Positions 18,563 through 31,700 of a DNA stretch of 64,000 bases are shown here, in pieces. The position numbers and the translations under genes were made by a program. The notes beneath the pieces are model-generated. The model had not been told where the DNA came from. It saw nothing but the letters and a program-made list of their open reading frames with translations, and ran no database searches. The stretch is from assembly GCA_965223845.1 (NCBI GenBank), contig CBDCXR010000004.1, positions 6,336,001-6,400,000 on the forward strand, read 5' to 3'. Positions within the stretch are counted from its first letter, which is position 1. Each line of letters begins with the position of its first letter. This DNA comes from Planctomycetota bacterium. GTDB lineage: Bacteria > Planctomycetota > UBA8108 > SXIK01.

Positions 18563-19729
18563 CTATTCGGTCTTCGCGGACTTCGCCTGGTGAATCACGC
18601 CGTAGAGGTCGCTCTTGTCGAGCCGGCTGAGCATGTCCTTGATCGTCCCGCCGGTCTCGTAGTTGCGGATGGCTCGCGCGAGATACGGCGCGACATCGAG
18701 CACCGTGACTTTGCGCTGGAGCAGCGCGCTCGCCTCGACGCGCGCGACGACGTCCGGACGCGTATTCCCGACGATGAGCTCGTCGAGCTCGGACTCGGCG
18801 AGGCGTTCGTCGAACGTGCCGAGCTTCGAGTCGTGCCCGAAGAAGTGAGCGACGACACCGACGACGCGCTTCGCTCCGGCCTTTTTCGCCTCGGCCGCCG
18901 CCTGAAACATCGTCGTTCCCGAGCGCATCATGTCATCGAAGATGATGCCGACTCGCCCTTCGACGTCGCCGACGAAGTCGAGGATCTCCTTCTGGTCGAT
19001 CGCGCCGCGCACGCGGAGCTGGTGGACCGAGGCCTGCCCGGCGATGAGCTCGTTATCGAGATTCTTGTGCAGCTCTTCGCGCGCCCGGACTCCGCCATCG
19101 TCGGGGGCGACGAGGACGAGGTTCTGCCCGAGATGGCCGAAGCGCTCGCGGAGATAGTCGCCGAGGATCGGCGACATCTTCAGGTGATCGAAGCTGTCGA
19201 ACGCGATCTCGATCTGCTCGGCGTGGAGCTCGACGACGATGATGTGATCCATCCCGCGGCGGATGAGGTCGTCCGCGACGTCGCGAACGGTGATCGGCTC
19301 GCGGCGAGCGTGCGTCTTGTCCTGCGCCTGATACCAAAGGCACGGAGCGACGAGGTTGATCGACGCGACCTTGCACGTCCGGCGGAGCGTTGCGACGAAC
19401 TTGCAGGTGTTCGCGAGGGAGACGTCGGGATCCTCACCGTCTCCCATCGTCGCGATCACGTAGACGTGCTTCCCGCGAAGATTCTCGTAGATGACGGTCT
19501 TCTTCTCGCCGTCGCCGAAGCTGAGGAGCTCGGCGTGGACGAGCGTCTTCCCGAGCTGCCGCGCGATCGCCTGCGCGAGCGGGTCGTCCGGGCGCACCGA
19601 AATGAGCGCGAAGGACTCGCGAAAGTTGCGATCGTTCGCCTTCTTCAGCTCGTCGCGAACGGCGTCCGCGATGATTCGGTCGAGCCAGGACCGGAATTGG
19701 GGATCTTCTTTCAATTCCTCAAAGCTCAT
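18563..19729 (-). CDS. prs: Ribose-phosphate pyrophosphokinase family protein (divergent)
   Basis: FGDGE, QDK...REPIT, ELHAEQI, VAPDDGG, VGDVEGR and the PRPP-binding IFDDMMRSGTTM. Confidence 0.8.
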   Translation of the reverse strand: MSFEELKEDPQFRSWLDRIIADAVRDELKKANDRNFRESFALISVRPDDPLAQAIARQLGKTLVHAELLSFGDGEKKTVIYENLRGKHVYVIATMGDGEDPDVSLANTCKFVATLRRTCKVASINLVAPCLWYQAQDKTHARREPITVRDVADDLIRRGMDHIIVVELHAEQIEIAFDSFDHLKMSPILGDYLRERFGHLGQNLVLVAPDDGGVRAREELHKNLDNELIAGQASVHQLRVRGAIDQKEILDFVGDVEGRVGIIFDDMMRSGTTMFQAAAEAKKAGAKRVVGVVAHFFGHDSKLGTFDERLAESELDELIVGNTRPDVVARVEASALLQRKVTVLDVAPYLARAIRNYETGGTIKDMLSRLDKSDLYGVIHQAKSAKTE

Positions 19730-19990
19730 CGCTGGCTCGCGGTGCGACTCGATCGGTGCGATTCGATCCGGAGGCGTCCAGACGAGCGCCCTCCGGGCGA
19801 GGCGAACGGTACGTTATCAGGTTCGCCAAACGGGACAAGGAAAAAGCTCGACCCCTCCACGGGGTGCCGAGCGTGCGTGCGCGAGGCCATCGGACACCGG
19901 CGCTCTCGGCCTCGACGCCGCTCGATTTCGTGACCCTCGGCCGCGACCGGACCGGGGTTCGGCAGCGTCGTTTCGGTCCGCCCGTCCGCG

Positions 19991-21022
19991 TTAGAGCGGT
20001 TTTCCCCGCGGATCGTAGACGCCCCGCGCGAGGGTCTCCGAGATGGCCTTTTCGTTGTCTTCGATTCGACGGTTGCCGTCAGCGTCGCCGGCGCTTGTCG
20101 CCGTGCCCGGCGGGTAGTAGGAGCGCGAGTAGACGGGGTAGGCCTCGGTGCGGAGATGCGCGAGCGGGTTGTGCCCGCGCCGCCGCTCGCGCGCTTCGCG
20201 CACGGCGCCGAGATCGATCTCCGCGACGACGATCTTCTCGCCGGGGCCGGGGTCCGCCTGCGTGAGAATGCGACCGTCGTAGTCGACGATCATGCTGCCG
20301 CCCGGCCACGAAAAAGGCGGGTAGTTCTCGAGTCGAGCACCCTGGTTCGACGCGACGACGTACGCGAGATTTTCGAGTGCGCGGCAGCGATTGACGACCG
20401 TCCACCAGTCCATCGGCGAGGTGGCGCCCCACGGATCCATGTAGGCCGAGGTGCGAATCAGAACCTCCGCGCCGTTGGCGACGAGCTGGCGGAGCACCTC
20501 GGGGTAGAGCCAGTCGTAGCAGATCGCGACGCCGAGTCGGCCGATCTCCGTGTCCGCGACCGGGAACAGCTCGGCATCGTAGTTCGGAACATCGTGAGGG
20601 CTCGCGTGCACCTCCCAGGGGATCCAGGGATTCACCTTGCGGTAGCGCGTGAGGATCCCGTCGGGGCCGATGAGACAGGTCGTGTTGAAGACGGCGCCCG
20701 GCCAGGCCTCGTCGACCTCGAGAAAGGTTCCGGTCTGGATGTAGACGCCGTGCTCCTTCGCCTTCTTCACGTACCGATCGGTGTGCTCGTTCGGGATCGG
20801 GACCGCGAGGCTCGCGCGCAGCTCGGCGGCCGTGAAGTGAATCGGCGCGGCGTGCGCAAACTCGGGGAAGACGACGAGACGCACGGGGAAAAACGGCGAG
20901 TAGCCGCCGACCGCGCCGTCGATCATCTCGAGCATGCGGTCGACGCGACTCGCGATCTCAGCGCGACTGCGTGGGCAGGGAAAGTCGGTCTGACAGGCGG
21001 CGACGCCGAAGCGGTTGGACAT
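19991..21022 (-). CDS. Nitrilase-related carbon-nitrogen hydrolase
   Basis: Glu-Lys-Cys triad in VVFPEF, YRK and AICYD; RALENLAYVVASN; GGSMIVDYDG. Confidence 0.9.
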   Translation of the reverse strand: MSNRFGVAACQTDFPCPRSRAEIASRVDRMLEMIDGAVGGYSPFFPVRLVVFPEFAHAAPIHFTAAELRASLAVPIPNEHTDRYVKKAKEHGVYIQTGTFLEVDEAWPGAVFNTTCLIGPDGILTRYRKVNPWIPWEVHASPHDVPNYDAELFPVADTEIGRLGVAICYDWLYPEVLRQLVANGAEVLIRTSAYMDPWGATSPMDWWTVVNRCRALENLAYVVASNQGARLENYPPFSWPGGSMIVDYDGRILTQADPGPGEKIVVAEIDLGAVREARERRRGHNPLAHLRTEAYPVYSRSYYPPGTATSAGDADGNRRIEDNEKAISETLARGVYDPRGKPL

Positions 21023-21312
21023 GATTCAAAAGGCGGGCCGAAGGCTCGCTCGTCGGGGTGAAGCCGGCGCGGGTTCGCCGTGCCGGCGAGGAGGCTTCGC
21101 TAAAGCCCTCTCGAAAGGAAAGCCAATCTATGAGCTCGCGCGACGCGTCTCTTCCGAGGCTGGCGTTCGAGTGTACGAACTCGATGACAGCCCCGGAGGA
21201 TCCGAGTCGATGGTGCGGTCGGTCGTGGTGGAGCGAGTCGCGAGCAACTCGTATCATACCCGTAGGAGACGTTGCGATCTTTCCCTCGACAAACTCGACT
21301 GCGAACACCGTC

Positions 21313-22401
21313 GTGCGTTCTCGATCTCTATTCCTAGGACTCTGCTGCGTCGGCGGCCTCGTCGTGCGCTTCCTCGGCGCGCAGGGGCCCGTCTCGACCG
21401 CCCACGCCGCCGAGCGGCGGGACCGGCGGCAGGTGGAGATTACGAGTGAGCTTCGGCTCACCGTCGAGCGCGGCTTTCGGTACCTTCTCCGCCAGCAGAC
21501 CGCGGCGGGCGATTTCGACGACGAGTTTCCCGTCGCGATCAACGCGCTCGCCGGGATCGCGTTTCTCTCGGGGGGGTACACAGAGCGCCTCGGACCGCCG
21601 CGCTACACCGAAGCCCTCCGGCGAACGACGGAGGCCATTCTTCGCCGACAGACAGACGCTGGGTATTTCGACGACGGCGAGAGCCGCATGTACGGGCACG
21701 GATTCGCGACGCTCTTCCTCGCGGAGCTCTACGGCACGCGCGGCACCGAAGAGGAGAAGCGACTCGAAACTGCGCTTCGAAAAGCGGTACGGCTCATCGA
21801 AATGTCCCAGGGTCGTGACGGCGGCTGGGACTACTGTCCGCTCGAGGACTGCGACGGAAAGTCCGGCGGAAGCGATACGTCCATCACCGTGTGCCAAACG
21901 ATGGCGCTTCGCGCCGCGAGAAACCTCGGAATCGTCGTCGACGCGGGCGTCGTGCGGCGCGCCGGAAAGTTCGTCGCGCGCGCGCAGAACAGCGACGGCG
22001 GGTTTCGCTACCGCATGGAGAACGATCTCCCCTACATGTTCCGGACAAGCCTCTTTCCGCGGTCGGCCGCCGGCGTGTGCATCATGTACAGTCTCGGCGA
22101 CTACAACTCGAGCGCCGTGCGGCGAGGGTTCGACTACCTCGAACAGGAATACCGAAAGTCGACATACTTTCCGTACTACGCGCACTACTACTGCGCGCAG
22201 GCGATGCTCCAGGCCGGTGGACGCCGCTGGCGGGAGTACTTCGCTTTCGTGCGGCAGCAGCTGATTTCCGAACAGACGCGCGAAGGCGGCTGGCGAAGCC
22301 ACGGTACGAATCGCGAGCGAGAGAACGACAATCAAGCGACGGCGATGGCGCTCATCGTTCTCCAGCTCCCGTATCGATTCCTTCCGATCCTCGAGCGCTA
22401 G
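21313..22401 (+). CDS. Prenyltransferase/squalene-oxidase repeat (QW-like, alpha/alpha toroid) protein, secreted
   Basis: YLLRQQ..G.F, MYGHGFATLFLAELYG, SQGRDGGWDY, SDTSITVCQTMALRAARN.G, QNSDGGFRY, YAHYYCAQA. Start is uncertain: GTG 21313 gives a signal peptide ending AHA; the track ORF starts at 21058. Confidence 0.85.
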   Translation: MRSRSLFLGLCCVGGLVVRFLGAQGPVSTAHAAERRDRRQVEITSELRLTVERGFRYLLRQQTAAGDFDDEFPVAINALAGIAFLSGGYTERLGPPRYTEALRRTTEAILRRQTDAGYFDDGESRMYGHGFATLFLAELYGTRGTEEEKRLETALRKAVRLIEMSQGRDGGWDYCPLEDCDGKSGGSDTSITVCQTMALRAARNLGIVVDAGVVRRAGKFVARAQNSDGGFRYRMENDLPYMFRTSLFPRSAAGVCIMYSLGDYNSSAVRRGFDYLEQEYRKSTYFPYYAHYYCAQAMLQAGGRRWREYFAFVRQQLISEQTREGGWRSHGTNRERENDNQATAMALIVLQLPYRFLPILER

Positions 22402-22780
22402 GCGCCCGTTCGCGCATCGGATCCGGAGACGAATCGACGCTCCCGGGGCGGGTCCGTCGCCGAAGATCCTCGACGACTCTCCGGGATCATCGCCCGCTCG
22501 CTTTGCGCTCGCGCCTGAAGATTCGCGCGAGCGCATCATCCCCGCGCGGTTTCCGTCCGGGTCGCGAATCGAGCCCCGTGCCCACGCGGACGAGGTGCGA
22601 GCCGTTATCGGTCGGGTGAGGGTGAAGTCCTTATCGGCGGTCGAGCCCTCTTCTTCCGCCGAGATCAACGGCCGGAGGAACGTGGCGTCCGAAGAAGACG
22701 ACGGATCCCCATCTCTCTCCCCCCGAGATGGCCCTCACCCCCCACCCCTCCCCACCCTCGCGCCGAGACCGCCCGATCTC

Positions 22781-25700
22781 ATGAGTTCACGTCGACCCCG
22801 GCGAACTCCTCGCTATCGTCTCGAGGAGCTCGAGCCGCGCATTCTTCTTTCCGCTGATCCGCTCGCGGCGACGGATTCCGGACCCGAAGCAGACATTCTC
22901 GAAGACGCCGCGATTTCGGCGACGGTAGACGTTCGCCCGGAGTCGTCGCCGAACCGGAGCGATCCCGATGGGTCGGTCGACTCGACGCAGCAGGGAACGC
23001 CTGCGCCGCGCATCGATCCCACGGCGCTCCCGCTCGCGTTCGAGGAAAACGTCGGCCAGGTCGCGGCGGAGGTCGATTTCGTCGCCCGGGGGAGCGGTTA
23101 CGCCGTGTTCCTCGCCGACGCCGACGCCGTCTTTCGCTTCGACCACGGTCAGACGGAGAGCTCTTCGATCCGACTCGAGATCGTCGGCCGGAACGAGGGC
23201 ACGGCGAGCCGGGGGGAATCGCCGCTCGGGGGAAAGAGCAACTACTTCGGCGGCAGCGACCCGCGCGAGTGGCTCACCGGGATCGACCAGTTCGCGAGCG
23301 TTCGCTACGACGAGGTCTACGCGGGGATCGACGTAAGGTACTACGGGAATCAACGACAGCTCGAATACGACTTCATCATTGCGGCGGGGGGAGACCCGAA
23401 CGCGATCGCGCTGCGGATTGCCGGCGCCGAGGAAGTCAGCGTCGATGCCGCTGGCGCGCTTCGCATCGACATGGGCGCGGGTCACGCCCCGATTCATTTC
23501 AACGCCCCGTTTGCGTACCAAACGGACGCGAACGGCGCGCAGAGCGCCGTGGCCGCGGAGTATTCACTGCGCGCGGACGGCACGGTGGGATTCGAGGTCG
23601 GGGCGTACGACACCGACCGGGAGCTGGTGATCGATCCCCTCCTCGAATGGGCGACGTACCTCGGGGGCACGGGAGTCGACGACGCGAGCAAGGTCGAGGT
23701 CGACGCGGCGGGGAATCTCTATCTCGCGGGCCACACGCAATCGCTCGACTTTCCCGGCTCGGAGGTGGGGACCGGGCTCGCGAAGTCCGCCGCGGACACG
23801 GACGCGTTCGTCGTCAAGCTGACGAGCGACGGGACGGGAACGATCTACTCGTCCTTCCTCGCTGGATCCGGCAACGAGCGCGTCACCGATCTCGCGGTCG
23901 ATGCGGCGGGGAACGCGTACGTCGTCGGAGACACGGCCTCGATCGACTTTGCGACGACCGCGAACGCCTACGATACGACGTACAACAACAGCGATGCGTT
24001 CGTCGTGAAGCTGAATGCGGACGGCAACACGCTTCTCTACTCGACATTTCTCGGGGGGTCCGGAGCGAACGACGCGGCGAACGGGCTTGCGCTGGACGCG
24101 TCGGGCAACATCTACGTCACCGGTCGTACGGACTCGCCGGATTCCGGAAACCCAGCGAACCAGTTTCCCATCACCGGCGGAGCCTACGACGGCACCCTGG
24201 GTGGAAGCACCGACGCGTACGTCGCGAAATTCGATCCGGCGCAATCGGGTGGAGCCTCGCTCGTCTACTCGACCTTTTTTGGCGGCAGTTCCGGGGAAGA
24301 GGGGACGGACATCGCGGTCGACACCTCTGGACGTGCCCACATCACCGGGTTTACGACCTCGACGGATCTCGACACGACGGCGAGCGCGTACGACTCTGCG
24401 CTCGGCGGGAGCATCGACACCTTCCTCGCACGGTTCGATGCGAGCGGCGGGATCCTCGAATACTCGACGTACTTCGGCGGCGCGCTCGGAATCGACGAAG
24501 TCGCCGCGGCGATCGCTCTAGACCCGAACGGTCTCGTGTACGTCGCCGGTCGCACCGACGCGTCCGATTTCCCGACGACCGCGGGTGCCGCCGACGTCAC
24601 GTTCGCCGGCAGCCGAGACGTCTACGTGGCCAAGTTCGATCTCACGGAGTCGGGAGCGAACGCGCTTCTCTACGCGACGTTTGTCGGGGGAACGGGATAT
24701 GACATCGCTCAGGATGTCGCGATCGACACGAACGGGAACGCGTGGGTCGTCGGTGAGACGAGGTCGACGGATCTCGCGGTGACGGCCAATGCGCACGACG
24801 GCGTGTTTAGCGGAGGACTCAACGACGCGTTCGTCGCGGCGATCTCCACCGACGGGTCGCTGATGCCGTACCTCAGCTATCTCGGTGGCGGAGGCGATGA
24901 CGTGGCCCACGGCGTCGCGGTGGACACCGTCGGCAACGTCTTTGTGGCGGGCGCCGCCGGCGGCAGCTTCGACAACGTGCCCGCGCCGAACTCGATCGGA
25001 CCGACGGGCAGTACCGACGCGTTCTTGGTAAAGCTCGACGCGAATTTCGCGCCGGCGCTCGACCTCGACGCGAACGACTCTTCCGGCGCCGGAGGGGTCG
25101 ACTTCGCGGCGACGTTCACCGAAGGCGGAGGTCCCGTAGCGATCTCGGACTCGGATGCGATTCTTTCGGACGCCGACAACGTCGTACTTCACTCGCTGAC
25201 GGTAGAGATCGGCAACGCGTTCGACGGCGCCGCGGAGATCCTCTCGGCGGACACGAGCGGGACGTCGATCGCGCTCAGCTACGACGCGACTACCCACCGT
25301 CTCACGCTATCGGGCGCCGACAGCACGGCCAACTACCAGCAGGTCCTGCGAACGGTCGCCTACGAGAACACGTCCTCCGTTTCGAACGACACCGCGCGTT
25401 CGATTACGTTCGTGGTGAGCGACGGTCTCGCTTCGAGTACCGTGGCCACGGCGACGGTCGCGATCGCGGCGACGAACGATCCGCCCGTGAACACCGTGCC
25501 CGGGCCCCAGGTCACGGCACAAGACACTCCGCTTACGTTCTCGAATGCGAATTCCAACGCGCTCTCCGTCGCCGACGATTCGGGCGCCGGCATCATCGAG
25601 CTCACGCTCAGCGTGAACGACGGCACGTTGACACTACCGTCGATTCCTGCGGCCGGTCCCGTCGGCCGCGCGAACACCGAGACGACGAATGTTCAGGACT

Positions 25701-28700
25701 TCGCGACCGTCGCCATGGCTCCCGACGGAACGTACGTCGTCGTCTGGGAGAGCAGTGGCCAGGACGGTGATCTCACCGGTGTCTTTGGCCAGCGCTTTGA
25801 CGCGAGCGGGCAACCGATCGGCGTGGAGTTTCAGGTCAACACCGAAACCGCGAGCGGCCAGGGTGGACCGGCGATCGCGGTGAGCGACAGCGGGAGCTTC
25901 GTCGTCGTCTGGGAGAGCGTGGGGCAGGACGGAGACCAAGGGGGAATCTACGGCCAGCGCTTCGACGTCTCGGGGGCGAAATCGGGAAGCGAATTCCGGG
26001 TCAATACCGTCACGACCGGCGAGCAAGCGAACGCACAGATCGCCATGGACGGCGCCGGCAACTTCGTCGTCGTCTGGACGAGCCTCGGACAAGACGGAAG
26101 CGACGAAGGCGTCTACAAGCAAAGCTACGCCGCAAACGGGACGCCGATCGGCGTTGAGACTCTCGTCAACACTGCAACTGCGAATCACCAGGGCCGTCCG
26201 TCGGTCGACATGAACGACGCGGGGGACTACGTGATCACGTGGTCGAGTGTCTTTCAGGACGGAGACTCGTGGGGCGTCTACGCTCAGCGGTTCGACAGCG
26301 GCGGTGCGGTCGGATCCGAGTTTCTCGTCAATACGACGACCGCAGGTGCGCAGTGGAATTCCGATGTCGCCGTCGATTCGTCCGGGGGATTCGTCATCGT
26401 CTGGGACGATCTCGGCGGCCTCGACGGCGACGGTCGTGGCGTGTTCCTTCAGCGATACGATTCGAGCGGGAATCCGCTCGGAGGCGAGACGCCGGTGAAC
26501 ATCTCGACGGCGGGCGATCAGGAGCTCGCGCGCATCGAGATGCTCGACGACGGGTCGTTCCTCGTCGTCTGGGAGTCCGGCGATCTCTTCGACACGAATG
26601 TCTTCGGACAGCGATTCGATGCCGTGGGGAACGAGGTCGGCGACGAGACGGTACTCGCGACGACGGGCGACTCGGCGCTCTCTTATCCCAGCGTCTCTTC
26701 GAATGGTACGGGGACCTTCGTCGTCTCGTGGTTCGGGAATCGACCGGAAGATGCGGACGGGGTCTACGCTCAGCTCTACGGCGACGAGAACGTGAGTTAC
26801 GTCGCCGGAGACGGAGTGGCCGATGCGACCGTGACGGTCCGCGGGAGCCTGTTCGAGGTGAACGGCCTCCTCGAGGGACTCGTCTACACGCCGAATCCGG
26901 GCTTCAACGGAATCGACACGCTGACGGTCACGACGGACGATCTCGGCAATACAGGGTCGCCCGGACCGCTCCAGGACGTCGACGAGGTTCAGATCACCGT
27001 CGGGAGCACGAACGCGCCGGTCGTGGACCTCGACGCCGACGATTCTTCCGGCGCAGGGGCGAGCAACTTCCTCACGACGTGGACGGAGAGCGGCGGCCCA
27101 GTCCTCCTCGCCGACGTCGACGGCACCGTGGTCGACGCCGACGGGAACATGACGGGTCTCACGGTCACGATCACGAATCTACTCGACGGCATCGACGAAG
27201 TCCTCGCCGCAGACACGACCGGTACCTCGATCGCGGCGAGCTACAACTCGGCTACGGGTGTGCTCTCGCTCACCGGCGCGGACACCGCCGCCAACTACCA
27301 GCAGGTTCTCCGGACGATCACGTACGACAACGCGTCGACCACTCCGGACATCACGGCGCGCATCATCGCCTTCACGCCGCACGACGCGCTTACGGACGGC
27401 AACACGGCGCGGACGACGCTCACGATCGAGGCGATCAACGATCCACCCGTGAACACCGTGCCCGGCGCGCAAGCGACGGCTCAGGATACGCCGCTCGCTT
27501 TCGGCTCTGGAGGCGGAAACCAGATCGCCGTGGCGGACGTCGACGACGAGGAAGTCGAAGTGACCCTCAGCGTGAACGACGGCACGCTGACCGTGAGGCC
27601 GCTCGCGCCGAACGGTGGGGAGACGCTCGTGAACTCGACGACGTCCCTCTCTCAGCTCGCTCCGTCGATCGCGTACGACGCGTCCGAGAATTTCGTCGTC
27701 GCATTCATGGACTCGAGCGCGGACGAAGGCGACATCCGCGTTCGCCGCTTCGACAGCGCGGGAGTTCCGTTCGGGCCTGATTTTCTCGTCAACGCGACGA
27801 CATCGGGGGAGCAGCAAGATCCGGTCATCGCCGGAGCACCCGACGGCCGTTTCGTCGTCGCGTGGGAGAGCCTAGCGCAGGATCAAGCGTCGACCTGGGG
27901 GATCTACGCGCGCGTCTACGACGGAACGGGAACTCCGCTCACGGGTGAGATCCTCGTCAACTCGACGACCGCGGGCGATCAGCGGCGTCCCGCCGTCGTG
28001 ATGCACGACGACGGAACCTTCGCGATCGCGTGGGAGGGGAACGGTTCGGGCGACGCCGACGGAGTCTTCCTGCGGCGATTCGACGCGTCGGGAACCGCGC
28101 TCGATGCGGAGCTGCTGGTGAACGACTCGGTCGGATTCCTCCAGGATACCGTCGCGCTCGGGACGGACGGTGCCGGCAACTACGTCGTCGCGTGGGAGAG
28201 CTCACTCCAGGACGGAGACAACAGCGGGATCTACGCTCGGCGGGTCGACTCGGGCGGCAATCTGGTCGGCAGCGAATTCCAGGTGAACACGACCTCCGCC
28301 CTCGGTCAGTTTACCCCCGCGATCGGTATGGCCGGCGACGGGTCCTTCGTGATCGCATGGGCGAGCCAGGTCCAGGACGGTGATGGCAACGGGGTCTACG
28401 CTCGCCGGTACGACGCCTCTGGAACTCCGCTCGGCGGTGAATTCCTCGTCAATGTGATCACGGCCGGAACCCAGTTCAATCCGTCGGTCGCCGTGCGCTC
28501 GGACGGCGAGTTCGCGGTCGCGTGGCAGACGCCCGACGCCAACAGCAACGGGATCGCCGTTCGCCGTTTCGCCGCGGATGGCACGCCGCTCGGGGGTGAA
28601 GTGGCCGTCAACACGACGACGAGCGGCATCCAACAGCGACCCTGGGTCGCGTACACGCCGAGCGGGAGCCTCGATGTTCTCTGGGACGGGAACGGCAGCG

Positions 28701-31700
28701 GAGACACCGGAGGAGTGTTTCTCCAGCGATACGGCGTTCCCGAAGTGACGTTTACTCTCGGCGACGGATCGGAGGACGCGACGTTCGCGATGCGCGGTGA
28801 GATCGCAGACGTGACGCTCGCGCTCGACGGTCTCGTCTACGCGCCGAACTCGGGCTTCAACGGGACCGATACGCTGACGGTCACGACGGACGATCTCGGC
28901 AATACCGGATCGCCCGGTCCGCTTCAAGATGTCGACAACGTCGCGATCGCGGTGGGGAATCCGAATGCACCGGCGGTGAATCTCGACGCCGACGATTCAT
29001 CCGGCGCAGGCGGGAACGACTTCGCGGCGACGTGGACAGAGGGCGCAGGGCCAGTCTTCATCGCGGATGCCGACGCCTCGTTCGTCGACGGGGACGAGGA
29101 CGCGAACGAGTTGACAGTCACGATCACGAATCTGCTCGACGGCACCGACGAGGTCCTCGCCGCCGACACGAGCGGCACATCGATCGTGGCGAGCTACAAC
29201 TCGGGGACCGGTGTCCTAGCGCTTTCGGGCGCCGACACGGCGGCGAATTACCAGCAAGTGCTTCGGACGATCACCTATGACAACGCGTCGGACACGCCGG
29301 ATCCGACGGCGCGAGTGATCACGTTCACTCCGGTCGATGCGATCTCGAGCGGGAACACCGCGACGACGACGCTCGCCGTTTCGGCGACCAACGATCCGCC
29401 GATCAACTCCGTGCCGGGAGTGCAGACGACGCCGAAGGATACGGAGCTCGTGTTTTCGACGAACGCCGGAAACGCGATCGGCGTCACCGACCCGGACGCG
29501 GCGCCCGAGCTCGAGGTGACGCTCTCCGTGACGAACGGAACGCTGAGTCTCGACCTCGGCGGCGCGATCGCGCTCGAAGCCGCTGCCAACACCACGACGT
29601 CCGGGATCCAGTCCTCGACCGTCGTCGCGACGCGACCGAACGGCGAATCGATCGTCGTCTGGCAGAGCGACCAGACCGGGTCGCTCGAAATCTACGCGCA
29701 GCGGTACGCCCCGAACGGAAGCCTCGTGGGCGGCGAGTTCCGCGTCAACGCCGATACTTCCGGAAGCCAGCGACGACCCGACGTCGGCTACGCTCCCGAC
29801 GGCAGTTTCGTCGTTGTGTGGAGCGACTCGCGCGGCGCTGACGCGGACATCTACTACCGCCGATTCGACGCGTCGGGAACGGCCCTGACTGGAGACGTGA
29901 TCGTCAACACGACTACCGCGGGGCACCAGACCGAGCCTCAGATCGCGTTCGACGGCTCGGGGAACTTCGTCGTGATCTGGGAAGGGGAGGACGCCGACGG
30001 CGAGGGAATCTTCGGCCAGCGGTTCGACGCGTCGGGGAGTTCCGTCGGCGCTGAGTTCTCCGTCAATGCGACGACGGCGGATCAGCAGGACGACCCCGCG
30101 GTCGCGATGGATTCGTCCGGGAACTTCGTCGTCGTCTGGGAGAGCTACCAGCAGGACGGCGACGCAGAAGGCACATACCTCCAGCGCTTCGACTCCGCGG
30201 CGAACAAGATCGGGGGCGAAGTTCAGGTCGCAACGACGACGAGCGGCAGTCAGAACCAGCCCGATATCGCGATGGATTCGTCGGGGAACTTCGTCGTCGT
30301 GTGGGAGATGAACGACTCGGACGACGACGGCGTCTACCTCCAGCGGTTCGACGCGAGCGGTACGAAGCTCGGCGGCGAGACGCTCGTCAACACGAACGAA
30401 ACTCGCGACCAGGAGGATCCGTCGGTCTCGCTGAACGGCGCGGGCGATTTCGTCGTCGTGTGGGAGAGCGTCCAGGCGGACGGAACCACTCACGTGATGG
30501 CGCGCCGTTACGCGGCGGACGGCACGGCGCTCGGCGGCGAGTTCCGCGTGCACGAGGGGGGAGCCGGAGACTATTTCGTCCCGGACGTCGCGGTGAGCGA
30601 CACGGGTTTCGTCGTCGCGTGGGAAGGAGCGGGCGCGGGAGACTCGGACGGTGTCTTCCGGCGCCAGTTCCGCGCGCTCGATCTCACGTTCTCCGCCGGA
30701 GACGGGAGCGAGGACGCGACGATCACCGTCCGCGGTACACCGCCTGACCTGAACGCCGCGCTGAGCGGTCTCATCTATCGTTCGAATGCCGGATACGAGG
30801 GCGCAGATGTGCTCACGATCAGCACGGACGACCTCGGGAGCTCGGGATCCGGAGGGCCGCAGTCGGACGTCGACGTCGTGAACATCAACGTTCAGTTCGC
30901 GCCCGCGCTCGATCTCGATGCGGATGATTCGGCCGCGCCGGGAGTCGACTTCGCCGCGACGTGGACGGAGGCCGGCGGGCCCGTCGCGATCGCCGACGCG
31001 GACGCCGCGCTCTCCGATGTCGACAGCGCGGCGCTCACGCTGCTCGCCGTGACGATCACGAATCTCCTCGACGGCACGGACGAAAGTCTAGCTGCGGACA
31101 CAACGGGAACGAGCATCGCCGCGAGCTACGACGGCGCGACGGGCGTTCTCACGCTCTCCGGAGTCGACAGCGTCGCGAACTACCAGCAGGTCCTCCGAAC
31201 GGTGACGTACGACAACGCGTCGATCGCTCCCGACTTGACGGCGCGCGTGATTAGGTTCGTCGCGCGCGACGGGACGAACGCGAGCGACGTCGCGACGACG
31301 ACGCTCACCGTGAACGCGGTCAACGATCCACCGGTGAACACCGTACCGGGAGATCAATCGACGTTTGAAGACACACCTCTCGTCTTCTCGGTGGCGAACG
31401 GAAATGCGATTTCGGTGAACGATCCCGACGTCGCGACGAACCTCCTCGAGCTGAGCCTCGCCGTCTCGGACGGCACCTTGACGGTGAATCCGACGATCGC
31501 CGAGGGCAGTGAAACCCTGATCAACACGACCACGACGAATAACCAGGTGTCGCCCGAGATCGCGGTCGCCTCGGACGGAAGCTACGTCGTCGTGTGGTCG
31601 AGCTTCAGTCAAGACGGAGATTCCTGGGGCGTCTTCACGCAGCGCTACGACGCGTCGGGAGCCGCGATCGGGGGCGAGACGCAGGTCAATACGACGACGA

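Noticed and set aside
15983-19933. 1316-aa plus-strand ORF
   Set aside because: It lies antisense to two well-supported genes and has A/R/G-rich, motif-free composition. This is a typical shadow ORF in high-GC DNA, although it also crosses the intergenic gap without a stop.
22595-22780. Upstream GTG start for the giant ORF
   Set aside because: It adds 62 low-complexity residues. ATG 22781 places the Arg-rich/LEPRxLL motif at its usual N-terminal position.
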